This document shows, in pieces, positions 41,167 to 50,888 of a stretch of DNA of 64,000 nt (its first letter is position 1; the number at the start of each line of letters is the position of its first letter). Made by a program: the position numbers and the translations under genes. Source of the stretch: Gemmatales bacterium (GTDB lineage: Bacteria > Planctomycetota > Planctomycetia > Gemmatales > HRBIN36); the NCBI GenBank assembly GCA_041640595.1, contig JBEPZY010000004.1:226373-290372 (forward strand), read 5' to 3'. The notes under the pieces were generated by a model. The model was not told where the DNA came from. It ran no database searches and saw nothing but the letters and a program-made list of their open reading frames with translations.

Positions 41167-42084
41167 ATGGAGCAAATCAATCAGCGTCTGGGCCTGGCGA
41201 CATGGTCTAGCGTTTGGCAGGGAAGAAATCGTGCCCTGGCTAAGAATGGGGCTATCACGGTAGCGTTGTGCTGGCTGGTGGCGGTTGCCCTTACTTTGAC
41301 GCAACCCAGCGTTGGTTACGCCGATTGGCCTTATCGTGCACAGGCCGGGCCTTTCCTCGTTGCAGCCGATGCGCCGGTGGAAGGACTCGACAGCCTCGCG
41401 GAGGAGTTGCTGCAGCTGAGCGAACGGATGCAGAATGACCTGGCGATTCCGCTGCGGATCGAGCGAATCCGGTTATATCTGTTTCACGACCGCGAATTGT
41501 TCGAAGCGTTTTTGCTGCAAAACATGCCGCAACTGACGCCGCGGGACATTAATCGCCAGGGTTTGTTCGTGCTGCGTGGCAATACGCCGGTGATCGTGGC
41601 CATGACCGGGCCGGAATTGCGTCGCACGCTGCGTCATGAGTTTGTTCACGCTGTGCTCAACCCATCCCTGCCACAATTGCCGTTGTGGCTGGATGAAGGT
41701 TTGGCCATGTATTACGAAGTTCCCGATGGAAGTGGCTGGCAGGAACGGCTCGCCGATTACCTGGCGCAGGCGGCGCGAACGGGCTGGCAACCGGACCTGG
41801 CACGGCTGGAATCGCTTACACGGATGCAGCAGATGGGCCTGGCGGAATATGCCGAAGCCTGGTCGTGGACCTTCCTGTTGATGCGGGGCGGGCCGGAATA
41901 CCGTGAACGCCTGCGCAGCTACCTGGTAGAATTGCGTCGTGGGAGTAAACCGCGACCGTTGTCAGAACGCTGGACAGGTTCGGCCACATCCCCGGAAAAG
42001 TCCTGGCTGGTTTTTTACGGCTGGTCAACAGCACCCACGCGGCCACGGTTCTGGTCAGCCTTACGCCAGTGGTGGAATCGCTAA
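41167..42084 (+). CDS. Putative zinc metallopeptidase (DUF1570/MA-like)
   Basis: LRHEFVHA, PLWLDEGLAMYYE, YAEAWSW; start uncertain. Confidence 0.8.
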   Translation: MEQINQRLGLATWSSVWQGRNRALAKNGAITVALCWLVAVALTLTQPSVGYADWPYRAQAGPFLVAADAPVEGLDSLAEELLQLSERMQNDLAIPLRIERIRLYLFHDRELFEAFLLQNMPQLTPRDINRQGLFVLRGNTPVIVAMTGPELRRTLRHEFVHAVLNPSLPQLPLWLDEGLAMYYEVPDGSGWQERLADYLAQAARTGWQPDLARLESLTRMQQMGLAEYAEAWSWTFLLMRGGPEYRERLRSYLVELRRGSKPRPLSERWTGSATSPEKSWLVFYGWSTAPTRPRFWSALRQWWNR

Positions 42085-42091
42085 CCGGCCC

Positions 42092-43084
42092 TCACGGATA
42101 ATTCGTTCGCACCCTGGCCTGCAACTCCCGCCCACCCGGTTTACCAGAACCGCCAATCGGTGGCCGAACAACCACGTACACCAGTTCACATGCCGTCTGT
42201 CGTTGATACGCCTCAGCGGTTGCCGTTTCAATCCGGGTGCCGCGAATATCCAGCCGCGACAACCGCGGCAACGTCAATAGCGCTGGCAGGGACTGCGCGG
42301 TGATGGCAGTGCGAGCCAGGCCCAGTTCTTCCAGAGCCGGCAACGCCGCGATCTGGTCGGCGGCCTGATCGGTAATCCGCGTGCCATGCAAGCGAAGACG
42401 CTTCAGGCGTGGCAATTGCCGTAAAGCCGCCAGCCCGGCGTCGCTGATGGCCGTTTCGCTCAGGTCGAGTTCTTCCAGAGTGGCGAATTTGGTCAGTGCC
42501 TCCACGCCCGCGTCTGCAACGGCGGTTTGTCGCAATCCCAGCTCACGCAGGCGTTCCAGTTTCGGCAGGCTCTGCAACCCGGAATCGCTAACCCGCGTGC
42601 CATTCAGACACAGCACTTCCAGAGCCGGCCAAACGTGCAATGCCGGCAGGGCTCGGTCGGTAATGTCCGTATAAGCCAGCACCAGCTCCCGCAACTGGCG
42701 GTACTTGCGAAGGTGTGATAGTCCGGCATCGGTAATGGCATTGCCGGTGAGCACCAGTCGCCGCAGATTCGGCAGCTCGGGAAGCTGTGCCAGTTCCGCA
42801 TCGGTAATTCCTGTTCGTAACAGCACCAGGGTGTGCACGGCCGGCAATTGCCGCAAATCTTCCGGCCAGGTCGGCGACCAGGGCAGGTCGCTGAGATCAA
42901 CCCGCATTCCCGAGCCGATTTCCTCGTCGCAGCTAATCTTCGCTCCCGCCAACTCCAGCCGACGAACTGCACGGTCTGCTTCAGAAACTGGCTGACCGCA
43001 TCCGCTCAGCAACCACACCAGCAGGACCAGGATGGCTGCTATCTGCCGCAATGAAAATCGAAAATCTCTCGTCCGACAACCCAT
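42092..43084 (-). CDS. Leucine-rich-repeat lipoprotein
   Basis: LLSGC lipobox; ~9 LxxLxLxxTxITDAGL 24-aa repeats. Confidence 0.88.
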   Translation of the reverse strand: MGCRTRDFRFSLRQIAAILVLLVWLLSGCGQPVSEADRAVRRLELAGAKISCDEEIGSGMRVDLSDLPWSPTWPEDLRQLPAVHTLVLLRTGITDAELAQLPELPNLRRLVLTGNAITDAGLSHLRKYRQLRELVLAYTDITDRALPALHVWPALEVLCLNGTRVSDSGLQSLPKLERLRELGLRQTAVADAGVEALTKFATLEELDLSETAISDAGLAALRQLPRLKRLRLHGTRITDQAADQIAALPALEELGLARTAITAQSLPALLTLPRLSRLDIRGTRIETATAEAYQRQTACELVYVVVRPPIGGSGKPGGRELQARVRTNYP

Positions 43085-43140
43085 CCGCGAACCCGCTGGT
43101 TTCGGTGGGTGCAAAACGCGTTGCTGCGGTCGAGCCGATT

Positions 43141-43599
43141 TCACGCGCCAACCGGTTGCGGCGACCGCTGCCGTTTTCGCTGCCGCTGGAGCAAAGGCAA
43201 CTCGGCAGCTGCGCGTTGCGCTGGCCGGGTCGGATCGGGCATCCCTTCCGGCCAGATGTGGAAACCACCCCGTTGCGGTGGGGATTCGCCCGCGATCTCC
43301 CAGGTGCCCCAGATACCCTTGCCTTCGTTGAAGCCGCGATAATACACAGCATGCCGACCCACGTATTGTTTGATCCATTCGCAGCGTCCGCTGGCCAGGT
43401 CATAAGTTCCGTGCAAGCGAAAATCGCCGACGCAATCGCGACCTTCCCCTGTAAGCCGACCCTGGCGAAACGTCAAGATCAACTCCATTTCGTGTCGGCC
43501 CGGTGGCAATGCCGGCTGCAGAAAGAAACCCACCCACTTCCCGCTTGGAAAGCGCGGGTCGGTCTCCAGTTCCTGGCTCTGCGGCGCGTCTGCATTCAT
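43141..43599 (-). CDS. Hypothetical protein
   Basis: ETDPRFPSGKWVGFF...GIWGTW...GGFHIWP; aromatic/Gly-rich beta-type fold. Confidence 0.75.
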   Translation of the reverse strand: MNADAPQSQELETDPRFPSGKWVGFFLQPALPPGRHEMELILTFRQGRLTGEGRDCVGDFRLHGTYDLASGRCEWIKQYVGRHAVYYRGFNEGKGIWGTWEIAGESPPQRGGFHIWPEGMPDPTRPAQRAAAELPLLQRQRKRQRSPQPVGA

Positions 43600-43703
43600 G
43601 CTCGCTGCTCCCAATCGGCAACCCTGTAACGGCAACCTCGCTAAGTCATTCTAGCCAGCCGCTAGTGCATTATAATGCTCTGGCCAGCTACGGAGCATTG
43701 AGC

Positions 43704-44321
43704 ATGAGCGACGAAGCTACCATCCCGCCACGGCAGGAAGGACACGAATGGATACGCTGGATTCAGGCGCAATACGGTGGTCCAGCTTTTATACGTCGCG
43801 GGAAACGCCTGCTGGATGCCCTTCACGAACTGGAACAATCCCTGGCTCGCTTACGTCAGCCAGGCCACGATGAAGATTGGCTGGCGATGGTACGTGTGCG
43901 TCTGGGTCAGCTATACGCACTGGCCGGCGGTTGGAAAAACTTAGAACCCCTCCTTGATTCGGCCAACCTCCATATAATCCAGCAACTTTACGCAGACCTT
44001 CAGCCACAACTCCGTTTGCCCCCTTCTCCGGATCCGCGGCCCGCCGTGCTCCGCTCTGCCCTGCGGGAGCTGCAGGAGGCCATCACCTATTTTAACCGTC
44101 GCTGGCTCCGCCATTTGCAAAATTTAGACCTAAGCCCCTATGAGCGCCTTATAGCCGACTATAACCGCTACTATGTCTTAGAAAAAGAATGCTTCCTGCA
44201 ATCGCCGCGCTTGGCGCGCCTGGGATTTAAGCCCTTACCGCCTCTTAGCTGGCAATCGCTCCTGGAGCGGTTTCCGCTTCTGCCGGTGCCTCAGTTGCGC
44301 GAACAAAAGCCAGACTACTAA
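43704..44321 (+). CDS. Hypothetical protein upstream of miaA
   Basis: GGAG RBS and TATAAT upstream; GPAFIRR, FNRRW, YNRYYVLEKEC. Confidence 0.75.
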   Translation: MSDEATIPPRQEGHEWIRWIQAQYGGPAFIRRGKRLLDALHELEQSLARLRQPGHDEDWLAMVRVRLGQLYALAGGWKNLEPLLDSANLHIIQQLYADLQPQLRLPPSPDPRPAVLRSALRELQEAITYFNRRWLRHLQNLDLSPYERLIADYNRYYVLEKECFLQSPRLARLGFKPLPPLSWQSLLERFPLLPVPQLREQKPDY

Positions 44322-44338
44322 GCGTCGAGCTGTCTGCC

Positions 44339-45331
44339 ATGACTCCGGAACCATTCGTAGATTGTTTCATTCTGACCGGCCCCACAGCCACCGGAAAAAG
44401 CGAAGTCGCCCTGGTTTTAGCGCAGTATTTGCATGCCGAGATCATTTCTATGGACTCCATGGCGTTGTATAGAGGTATGGACATCGGTACAGCTAAACCA
44501 TCGCTGGCAGCGCGACAGCAGGTGCCTCATCACTTGATAGATGTATTAGAACCGTGGGAATCCGCGAGCGTGGCCTGGTGGTTACGTCAGGCGGCTCAAT
44601 GTGTGCGGGAAATTCGCAGTCGCGGTAAGGAGGTTTTATTTGTCGGCGGTACGCCTCTTTATCTCAAGGCCTTACTGTGTGGCATCTTCGAAGGGCCGGG
44701 AGCCGATCCGCAACTGCGCCAGCAACTGGAGCAATATAGTGGCAAGGAATTGCATGCACAACTGCTCAGCGTTGACCCGGCTGCCGCGGCACGCATTCAT
44801 CCTTCCGATAAACGGCGTTTAGTGCGCGCATTGGAAGTGTGGCACCTGACCGGTCGGCCACTTAGCTCCTGGCAACATCAGTTCGATACTCCCTGGCCCA
44901 GGCGTTATCCGCCCGTGTGGCTGGATTTACCCCGGCCGATCTTATATCGCCGGATTGAAGCGCGGGTGGATAAGATGATCGAGGCGGGTTTAGAAGAGGA
45001 GCTTCGCCGACTGTTGCAAAGACGGGATCACGGTGAACCATTAAGTCGTCAAGCACGCCAGGCTCTCGGTTACAAAGAACTTCTCGACTATATAGAGGGA
45101 CGTTGTAGCCGCGACCAGGCCATTGAGCGAATCAAGGTACGGAGCCGACATTATGCGAAACATCAACTCACATGGTTTCGGCATCTTCCGGGCTTAGTGC
45201 GGCTGCCTATCGAAGAGCACGAAGCTCCCGAACACATTGCCCAACGCGTCTATCACGTCTGGTTTCCGCCAGAGCAAGCTGAAGGAAAAACTGATTCGCC
45301 AACCGGCAGCCATACCCCTGACGACACATAG
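44339..45331 (+). CDS. miaA: tRNA dimethylallyltransferase
   Basis: GPTATGKS, SMDSMALYRGMDIGTAKP, VPHHLID, VGGTPLY, ALGYKE, YAKHQLTWF. Confidence 0.97.
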   Translation: MTPEPFVDCFILTGPTATGKSEVALVLAQYLHAEIISMDSMALYRGMDIGTAKPSLAARQQVPHHLIDVLEPWESASVAWWLRQAAQCVREIRSRGKEVLFVGGTPLYLKALLCGIFEGPGADPQLRQQLEQYSGKELHAQLLSVDPAAAARIHPSDKRRLVRALEVWHLTGRPLSSWQHQFDTPWPRRYPPVWLDLPRPILYRRIEARVDKMIEAGLEEELRRLLQRRDHGEPLSRQARQALGYKELLDYIEGRCSRDQAIERIKVRSRHYAKHQLTWFRHLPGLVRLPIEEHEAPEHIAQRVYHVWFPPEQAEGKTDSPTGSHTPDDT

Positions 45332-45386
45332 ATTTCCGACCGAAACGATCAACAATCCCTTACGCCACTTGGTAAGGAAACTGCTC

Positions 45387-47240
45387 ATGCTTCGCGGAAA
45401 ATTTCTCCGGAGCTTAGGTCCCAACGTGTTAGAGGATGGACAAATCTGCTGGCGGGTGTGGGCACCTTTAGCCGAACGAGTAGAATTGATTCTGTTTCCT
45501 GAGCCCGGCAAGACTGCTTGCCTGACCATGACGCCGGAAGACCTCGGTTATTATTCCCTCGTTTTACCGCATGTCGAGGACGGTTTATGTTACGCTTACC
45601 GTCTCAATGGCGCTGAGCTTTACCCCGACCCGGCGTCGCTATGGCAACCGCAGGGAGTGCATCAACCGTCCGCGGTGGTTAGAACCGATCGGTTTTCCTG
45701 GTCGGATCATCGCTGGAAGGGAATACAGTTGCAGGACTTGATCATTTACGAATTGCATGTGGGGACCTTCACCGAGGCTGGAACGTTTACAGCAATCGTT
45801 GATCGTTTGCCCGATCTAATAGATTTAGGCATCACGGCTATCGAACTCATGCCCGTGGCACAATTTCCTGGCGAACGAAATTGGGGATATGATGGTGTGC
45901 ACCTATACGCGGTACAAAATAGCTACGGCGGACCGCATGCGCTGGCAGGGTTAGTAGATGCCTGCCACAGGCATGGCGTGGCGGTCATTCTGGATGTGGT
46001 ATATAATCATTTAGGGCCGGAAGGGAATTACTTAGACCATTTCGGCCCCTATTTCAGCGATCGGTATCGCACGCCGTGGGGCCCGGCTCTGAATTACGAT
46101 GGTGCCGGTTCCGATGAGGTACGCCGATACGTTTGCGACAATGTACGCCTATGGCTGGAGGAGTATCATATAGATGGCCTGCGCTTAGATGCCATTCACG
46201 CTATCTATGATATGTTGCCTCGGCATATTCTGCACGATATTCGCCAGGCCGCCGATGAGATAGCAGCTAGGCGTGGCTGGCCTGCTTTGTTAATCGCCGA
46301 AAGTAACCTCAACGATGTCCGTTTTGTCAAGCCCAGGGAGCAGTGTGGCTACGAACTGGATGCGCTGTGGAACGATGATTATCACCATGCCTTACATGCA
46401 TACTATACGGGCGAACGCAACAGCTACTATATAGATTTCGGCGAAGCACAGCAGATTGCTAAGGCCTGGGAACACACTTATGCATTGGACGGGGTCTATT
46501 CTAAGTATCGGCAACGGCGGCAGGGAGCGCCGGCGCGAGGAGTCAGTGGTGAGCATTTCGTGGTCTATTTGCAAAACCATGACTTAGTGGCTAATCGTAT
46601 CGGTTACCATCGCTTAGTAACCCGTTTAGAGCCGGCAACGTATCGGCAAGCGGTATGCCTGGTGCTGGCCGCGCCCTATATTCCGCTCCTGTTCATGGGC
46701 GAGGAGTATGGTGAAGATAGGCCGTTTTATTTTTTCACGTCGTTTCTCGATGCGGACCTGGCAAGAAAGGTTCAAGAGGGGCGTCGGGCTGAGTTACTGC
46801 GCATGGGCTGGGCTGGTCCGATTGCGGATCCCCAGGCGGTGGAAACGTTTTTGGCGTGTAAACTCAGCTGGGACTGGCCGGCGGGTTCCTTGCGGGCAGC
46901 CTTACGGCGAATGTATCGCGATCTGCTGAGCTACCGGAAAAGCTGGCCGGCGTGGCGGGACTTTGTAAATCGTCGGGCCATTCTCCATACACCGCAGGAG
47001 CCGAAGCTCCTGGAGTTGTGGCGTGGGGATGTTGAGGGCGGAACCGGGACGCGCTTGCTCTGTAACCTGACCGCGGAACCGCAGGCGCTGCCTGCTTGCA
47101 GGCCTAGTGAGGCACTGCTCTTCAGCAGCGAATGGGCCAGGTACGGTGGTGTGCGAAAGCCGGAAAGTGCTGGCGACGTGCTGTATCCCTGGGAGTGCGT
47201 AGTCTATGGCCCATCGGCGTGGTTAGCACACGGCGAATAA
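45387..47240 (+). CDS. treZ: Malto-oligosyltrehalose trehalohydrolase (GH13)
   Basis: IYELHVGTFT, NWGYDGV, DVVYNHLGPEGNY, GLRLDAIH, QNHD, FMGEEYGE. Confidence 0.93.
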   Translation: MLRGKFLRSLGPNVLEDGQICWRVWAPLAERVELILFPEPGKTACLTMTPEDLGYYSLVLPHVEDGLCYAYRLNGAELYPDPASLWQPQGVHQPSAVVRTDRFSWSDHRWKGIQLQDLIIYELHVGTFTEAGTFTAIVDRLPDLIDLGITAIELMPVAQFPGERNWGYDGVHLYAVQNSYGGPHALAGLVDACHRHGVAVILDVVYNHLGPEGNYLDHFGPYFSDRYRTPWGPALNYDGAGSDEVRRYVCDNVRLWLEEYHIDGLRLDAIHAIYDMLPRHILHDIRQAADEIAARRGWPALLIAESNLNDVRFVKPREQCGYELDALWNDDYHHALHAYYTGERNSYYIDFGEAQQIAKAWEHTYALDGVYSKYRQRRQGAPARGVSGEHFVVYLQNHDLVANRIGYHRLVTRLEPATYRQAVCLVLAAPYIPLLFMGEEYGEDRPFYFFTSFLDADLARKVQEGRRAELLRMGWAGPIADPQAVETFLACKLSWDWPAGSLRAALRRMYRDLLSYRKSWPAWRDFVNRRAILHTPQEPKLLELWRGDVEGGTGTRLLCNLTAEPQALPACRPSEALLFSSEWARYGGVRKPESAGDVLYPWECVVYGPSAWLAHGE

Positions 47241-47308
47241 AGTGATTCGTTGCCGCCATGCTGGGAGAATTCTAAAATCGGCCAAAATTACAAGCGGAGT
47301 CAGCGGGC

Positions 47309-48220
47309 ATGAAGGAACCGTGGCAGGTCTATATGCAGATGGGCGTGGTGCACGGGATGTTGTTCCCGGAATGTCTGGCCGGCACCGGGCCGATCCGCGA
47401 GACGCTGCAGGTGATTGTCGAGGATACGTTTTTTGAGGCCGTGGATGTGGGCGCGATCGAGGATGCTCAGCAGCGCTGCGAATGTGCTGCTTTATTGCGG
47501 GACAGTCAACTCAACGTCTCGTTTGCCTGTCAGCCGGCGCAGTTGCGTTTGCAGTTGGACCTGAACGCAGCTGATGCCGAGCAGCGTGAACATGCTTTTC
47601 GCACACTGGTAGCCCTGTTTCCGCAAGCGAAGGAACTGGGAGCACAGCGGATATTCGTCATGAGCGGCAAAAATGTGCCGGCGTCGGAACGGCGAGCGGC
47701 GCTGGAGCGGCTGGTGACGATGTTACGGCGACTGTGCCGCGAGGCCCGAGAACAGGTCGGTCTGCCGTTAGCGCTGGAAATCTTCGACCACGACGTGGAT
47801 AAGAAGGCCCTGGTTGGTACGTGCGAGACAGCGGCATGGGTAGCCCGCGAGGTTCGCCGCGATTTTCCTGATTTCGGTCTGCTGCATGATCTGAGCCACA
47901 TTTACCTGTGCCACGAACAACCGGAGCGGCATTTTCCGCTGATCCGCGAGTATCTGGTGGCGATGCACCTGGGCAACAGTGTATCCCGCGCCGGGCATCC
48001 GCTGTACGGCGACACGCATCCGCCATTCGGAATCCCAGGCGGGGATGTGGACGTTCCCCAGGTGCGGAACTGTTTGAAGGCGTTATTTGACATCGGGTTT
48101 CTGCGTGCGGGCCGTCGGCCGGTAGTTGCGTTTGAAGTGCGAACGCCTCCAGGCATGAACCCCCGGACGGTCATTGCCAACATGAAACGCACCCTGGCGC
48201 AGGCGTGGTGGGACTGGTGA
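47309..48220 (+). CDS. Sugar phosphate isomerase/epimerase-like TIM barrel protein
   Basis: LEIFD..VDKK.LVG, DLSH, HLGN, YGDTHP.FG, FEV. Confidence 0.8.
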   Translation: MKEPWQVYMQMGVVHGMLFPECLAGTGPIRETLQVIVEDTFFEAVDVGAIEDAQQRCECAALLRDSQLNVSFACQPAQLRLQLDLNAADAEQREHAFRTLVALFPQAKELGAQRIFVMSGKNVPASERRAALERLVTMLRRLCREAREQVGLPLALEIFDHDVDKKALVGTCETAAWVAREVRRDFPDFGLLHDLSHIYLCHEQPERHFPLIREYLVAMHLGNSVSRAGHPLYGDTHPPFGIPGGDVDVPQVRNCLKALFDIGFLRAGRRPVVAFEVRTPPGMNPRTVIANMKRTLAQAWWDW

Positions 48221-48230
48221 GGAACAAACA

Positions 48231-48995
48231 GTGGCTCGCAAAACGCAGGCAACCAAAGGCTCAACCCGCGCGAAGAAACAAGCTGGCACCGTCAGCGGTC
48301 GCCGACTCAGTCTGGCACAACGCCGCGAACTGGCCAACAAAGTTGTGGAGACACTCCGCCGGCTCTATCCGGACGCCAGATGCAGTCTCGACTATCGCAC
48401 GCCGTTGCAGCTATTGATTGCGACAATCTTATCGGCCCAGTGCACGGATGAGCGGGTCAACAAAGTTACGCCGGCACTGTTCGCACGCTATCGCAGTGCC
48501 GCCGATTTTGCCAGCGCAGACCCTCGAGAACTGGAAAATTACATCCGCTCCACCGGATTTTACCGCGCCAAAGCGAAAAACATTATCGCCTGCTGTCGGG
48601 CGCTGGTCGAACGCCACGGTGGCGAATTGCCACGAAGCCTGGAGGAACTGACGAAGTTACCCGGAGTGGGCCGAAAGACCGCCAACGTCCTTCTGGGCAC
48701 TGCCTGGGGCATTCCCGCAGGAATTGTGGTGGATACGCATGTTCGGCGTTTGGCTCGCCGCATGGGTCTGACTCAGCACACCGATCCCGACAAAATCGAA
48801 CGCGATCTGATGGAATTGATCCCGCAGGAGGAATGGATAGCGTTTGGCCATCGCATGATCTACCACGGTCGGCAAGTGTGTCTGGCACGCAATCCCCGAT
48901 GCGACCAGTGCGCCCTCAACTCGTTTTGCCCGAAAATCGGTGTGCAGACACGAAAAAGTCAGGCCACCCGAAAACGCCGTCAGGATGCCGATTAG
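48231..48995 (+). CDS. nth: Endonuclease III
   Basis: ATILSAQCTDERVN, HhH LPGVGRKTAN, VDTHV, C-x6-C-x2-C-x5-C 4Fe-4S motif. Confidence 0.97.
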   Translation: MARKTQATKGSTRAKKQAGTVSGRRLSLAQRRELANKVVETLRRLYPDARCSLDYRTPLQLLIATILSAQCTDERVNKVTPALFARYRSAADFASADPRELENYIRSTGFYRAKAKNIIACCRALVERHGGELPRSLEELTKLPGVGRKTANVLLGTAWGIPAGIVVDTHVRRLARRMGLTQHTDPDKIERDLMELIPQEEWIAFGHRMIYHGRQVCLARNPRCDQCALNSFCPKIGVQTRKSQATRKRRQDAD

Positions 48996-49876
48996 TAATC
49001 CTTGCGAGGCAGGGCGAGTAAAGCGTCGCGGAATTCCTGAGCGGTCTGGAAACGTTTATCCCGATCACGTTCGACAGCTTTGAGCAGGAACGCCACCATA
49101 GCTGGATCGAGATCGGGCCGAACATCCAGCGGATGTTTAGGCGGATCGTTGAGGTGGCTGAGCATGGTTTGCAAACTTTGCGTGCCTTCCCAGGGGAGTT
49201 TGCCGGTAATGGTTTCGTAGGCGGTAACGCCGAGAGCAAACAGGTCCACGCGGTGGTCGGTAGCTTGACGTTTGATCAATTCGGGAGCCATGTAGTTGGC
49301 GGTACCAGTGCGGTTGCCTGGACGAAGGAATTCCGGCCGATTGGGTATGGCCAGACCGAAATCAATCAGTTTGACCACGCCCTCATGCGACACCAGGATA
49401 TTGCGTGGGCAGATGTCGCGGTGCAGGTAGCCCTGACTGTGAACGTAAGCCAGGCCTTCGGCTGCCTGGATGAGGATACCGATTCGCTTGCCCCGCAGAG
49501 CCGGGCTATTGGTTTCGATGAGGTAATTCAGTCCAGCCCCTTCGATCAACTCCATCACCAAGAACGGTTCGCCCTCGGTGGTCATGCCGTACTCGTAAGT
49601 GGTAACGATGTTGCGATGGCGGAGGCTCAAACAAATGGCTCCTTCGCTGGGTTTGTGCAGCCCTACGAAGCGTTGCTCGAAGCGTTTGGTTTTTTCCTTG
49701 TCGAGGATTTTGAGGCAGACGGTTCGGCCGAGCTTGCGGTCGTAGGCCCGGAAAACGCGCGACATACTCCCCTGGCCCAACCGCCCCTGCAAAACGAAGC
49801 GGTCTTGAATCCGCACCGGTTTCTGCTTGTTTTTCGAGGAGCTGAAAAGTCCGAGAATCTTGTCGAGGATGCTCAC
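48992..49876 (-). CDS. Ser/Thr protein kinase (kinase domain only)
   Basis: LGQGSMSRV, HRDICPRN, LIDFG, GTANYMAPE. Confidence 0.93.
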   Translation of the reverse strand: MSILDKILGLFSSSKNKQKPVRIQDRFVLQGRLGQGSMSRVFRAYDRKLGRTVCLKILDKEKTKRFEQRFVGLHKPSEGAICLSLRHRNIVTTYEYGMTTEGEPFLVMELIEGAGLNYLIETNSPALRGKRIGILIQAAEGLAYVHSQGYLHRDICPRNILVSHEGVVKLIDFGLAIPNRPEFLRPGNRTGTANYMAPELIKRQATDHRVDLFALGVTAYETITGKLPWEGTQSLQTMLSHLNDPPKHPLDVRPDLDPAMVAFLLKAVERDRDKRFQTAQEFRDALLALPRKDY

Positions 49877-50009
49877 GGTTGGACAGCGGGGCTGATTCCG
49901 CCGCTCCTGTTCCTCTGGAGCCCCGGCAGGCTAACGCCCGCCGCTTTTGCGATCGCTGGCGACCCAACGCCCAGTCTTCGTGAGTCCCACACCGGGCCGA
50001 TGGCCGCCA

Positions 50010-50840
50010 TCATTTGCCACAATAGTCAATCAGACGGGCCAGTTCGGTACGCAAATCCTTGCGGTGGACGATGCGGTCAATAAAGCCGTGCTGCAGGAGA
50101 AATTCGCTGGTCTGGAATCCTTCGGGCAGTTCGAGGCGAACAGTGGCCCAGATGGTGCGTTGCCCGGCAAAGCCGATCAGCGCTTTCGGTTCGGCCAGGA
50201 TAATGTCGCCGAGCGTGGCAAAACTGGCGGCAGCACCGCCCATCGTCGGATTGGTCAGCACCGAAATATACAGCCCGTTGGCCTGGTCATAGCGAGCCAG
50301 CGCCGCCGAAACCTTGGCCATTTGCATCAATGACAGAATTCCTTCCTGCATCCGCGCACCCCCGCCAGAGCCCGAAACAATAATCAACGGCAAGCGCAGA
50401 CGTGTTGCTTCTTCGATGGCGGCGGTGAGTTTCTCGCCGACTACCGAGCCCATGCTCCCGGCCATGAAGGCAAAATCGGTAACGCCGAACACCACGGGCC
50501 GACCGCGAATGTAGCCTTTACCGACCACGGCCGCCTCGGTCAGACCGGTTTTCTCCTGTTCCTTTTTCAACCGCTCTGGGTAGGGCATGCGGTCCACGAA
50601 GCCAATCGGATCGCAGGAATGCAGGTCGCTGAACCACTCTTCAAAACTATCCGGGTCGAGCAGTGAGCGAATACGGTCGCGGGCGGAAAGATAGAAGTGC
50701 CAATCGCATTCCGGGCAAACATTGAGCCGTTCTTCGACCTCTTTGCGATAGAGCGTGGCTTTGCAGGACGGGCAGAGAATCCACAATCCCGCGGGAATAC
50801 CACGCTTGGGTTTCTGCCTGTTTTTCAGAACCATACGCAA
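50010..50840 (-). CDS. accD: Acetyl-CoA carboxylase carboxyltransferase beta subunit
   Basis: GLW..CPSC..CPEC zinc finger, [34 protein letters not shown]. Confidence 0.97.
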   Translation of the reverse strand: MRMVLKNRQKPKRGIPAGLWILCPSCKATLYRKEVEERLNVCPECDWHFYLSARDRIRSLLDPDSFEEWFSDLHSCDPIGFVDRMPYPERLKKEQEKTGLTEAAVVGKGYIRGRPVVFGVTDFAFMAGSMGSVVGEKLTAAIEEATRLRLPLIIVSGSGGGARMQEGILSLMQMAKVSAALARYDQANGLYISVLTNPTMGGAAASFATLGDIILAEPKALIGFAGQRTIWATVRLELPEGFQTSEFLLQHGFIDRIVHRKDLRTELARLIDYCGK

Positions 50841-50888
50841 GCGCTCCTTCGGCTGACCGTGCCGATTCGGTCTGGGAAAAAGTAGGAT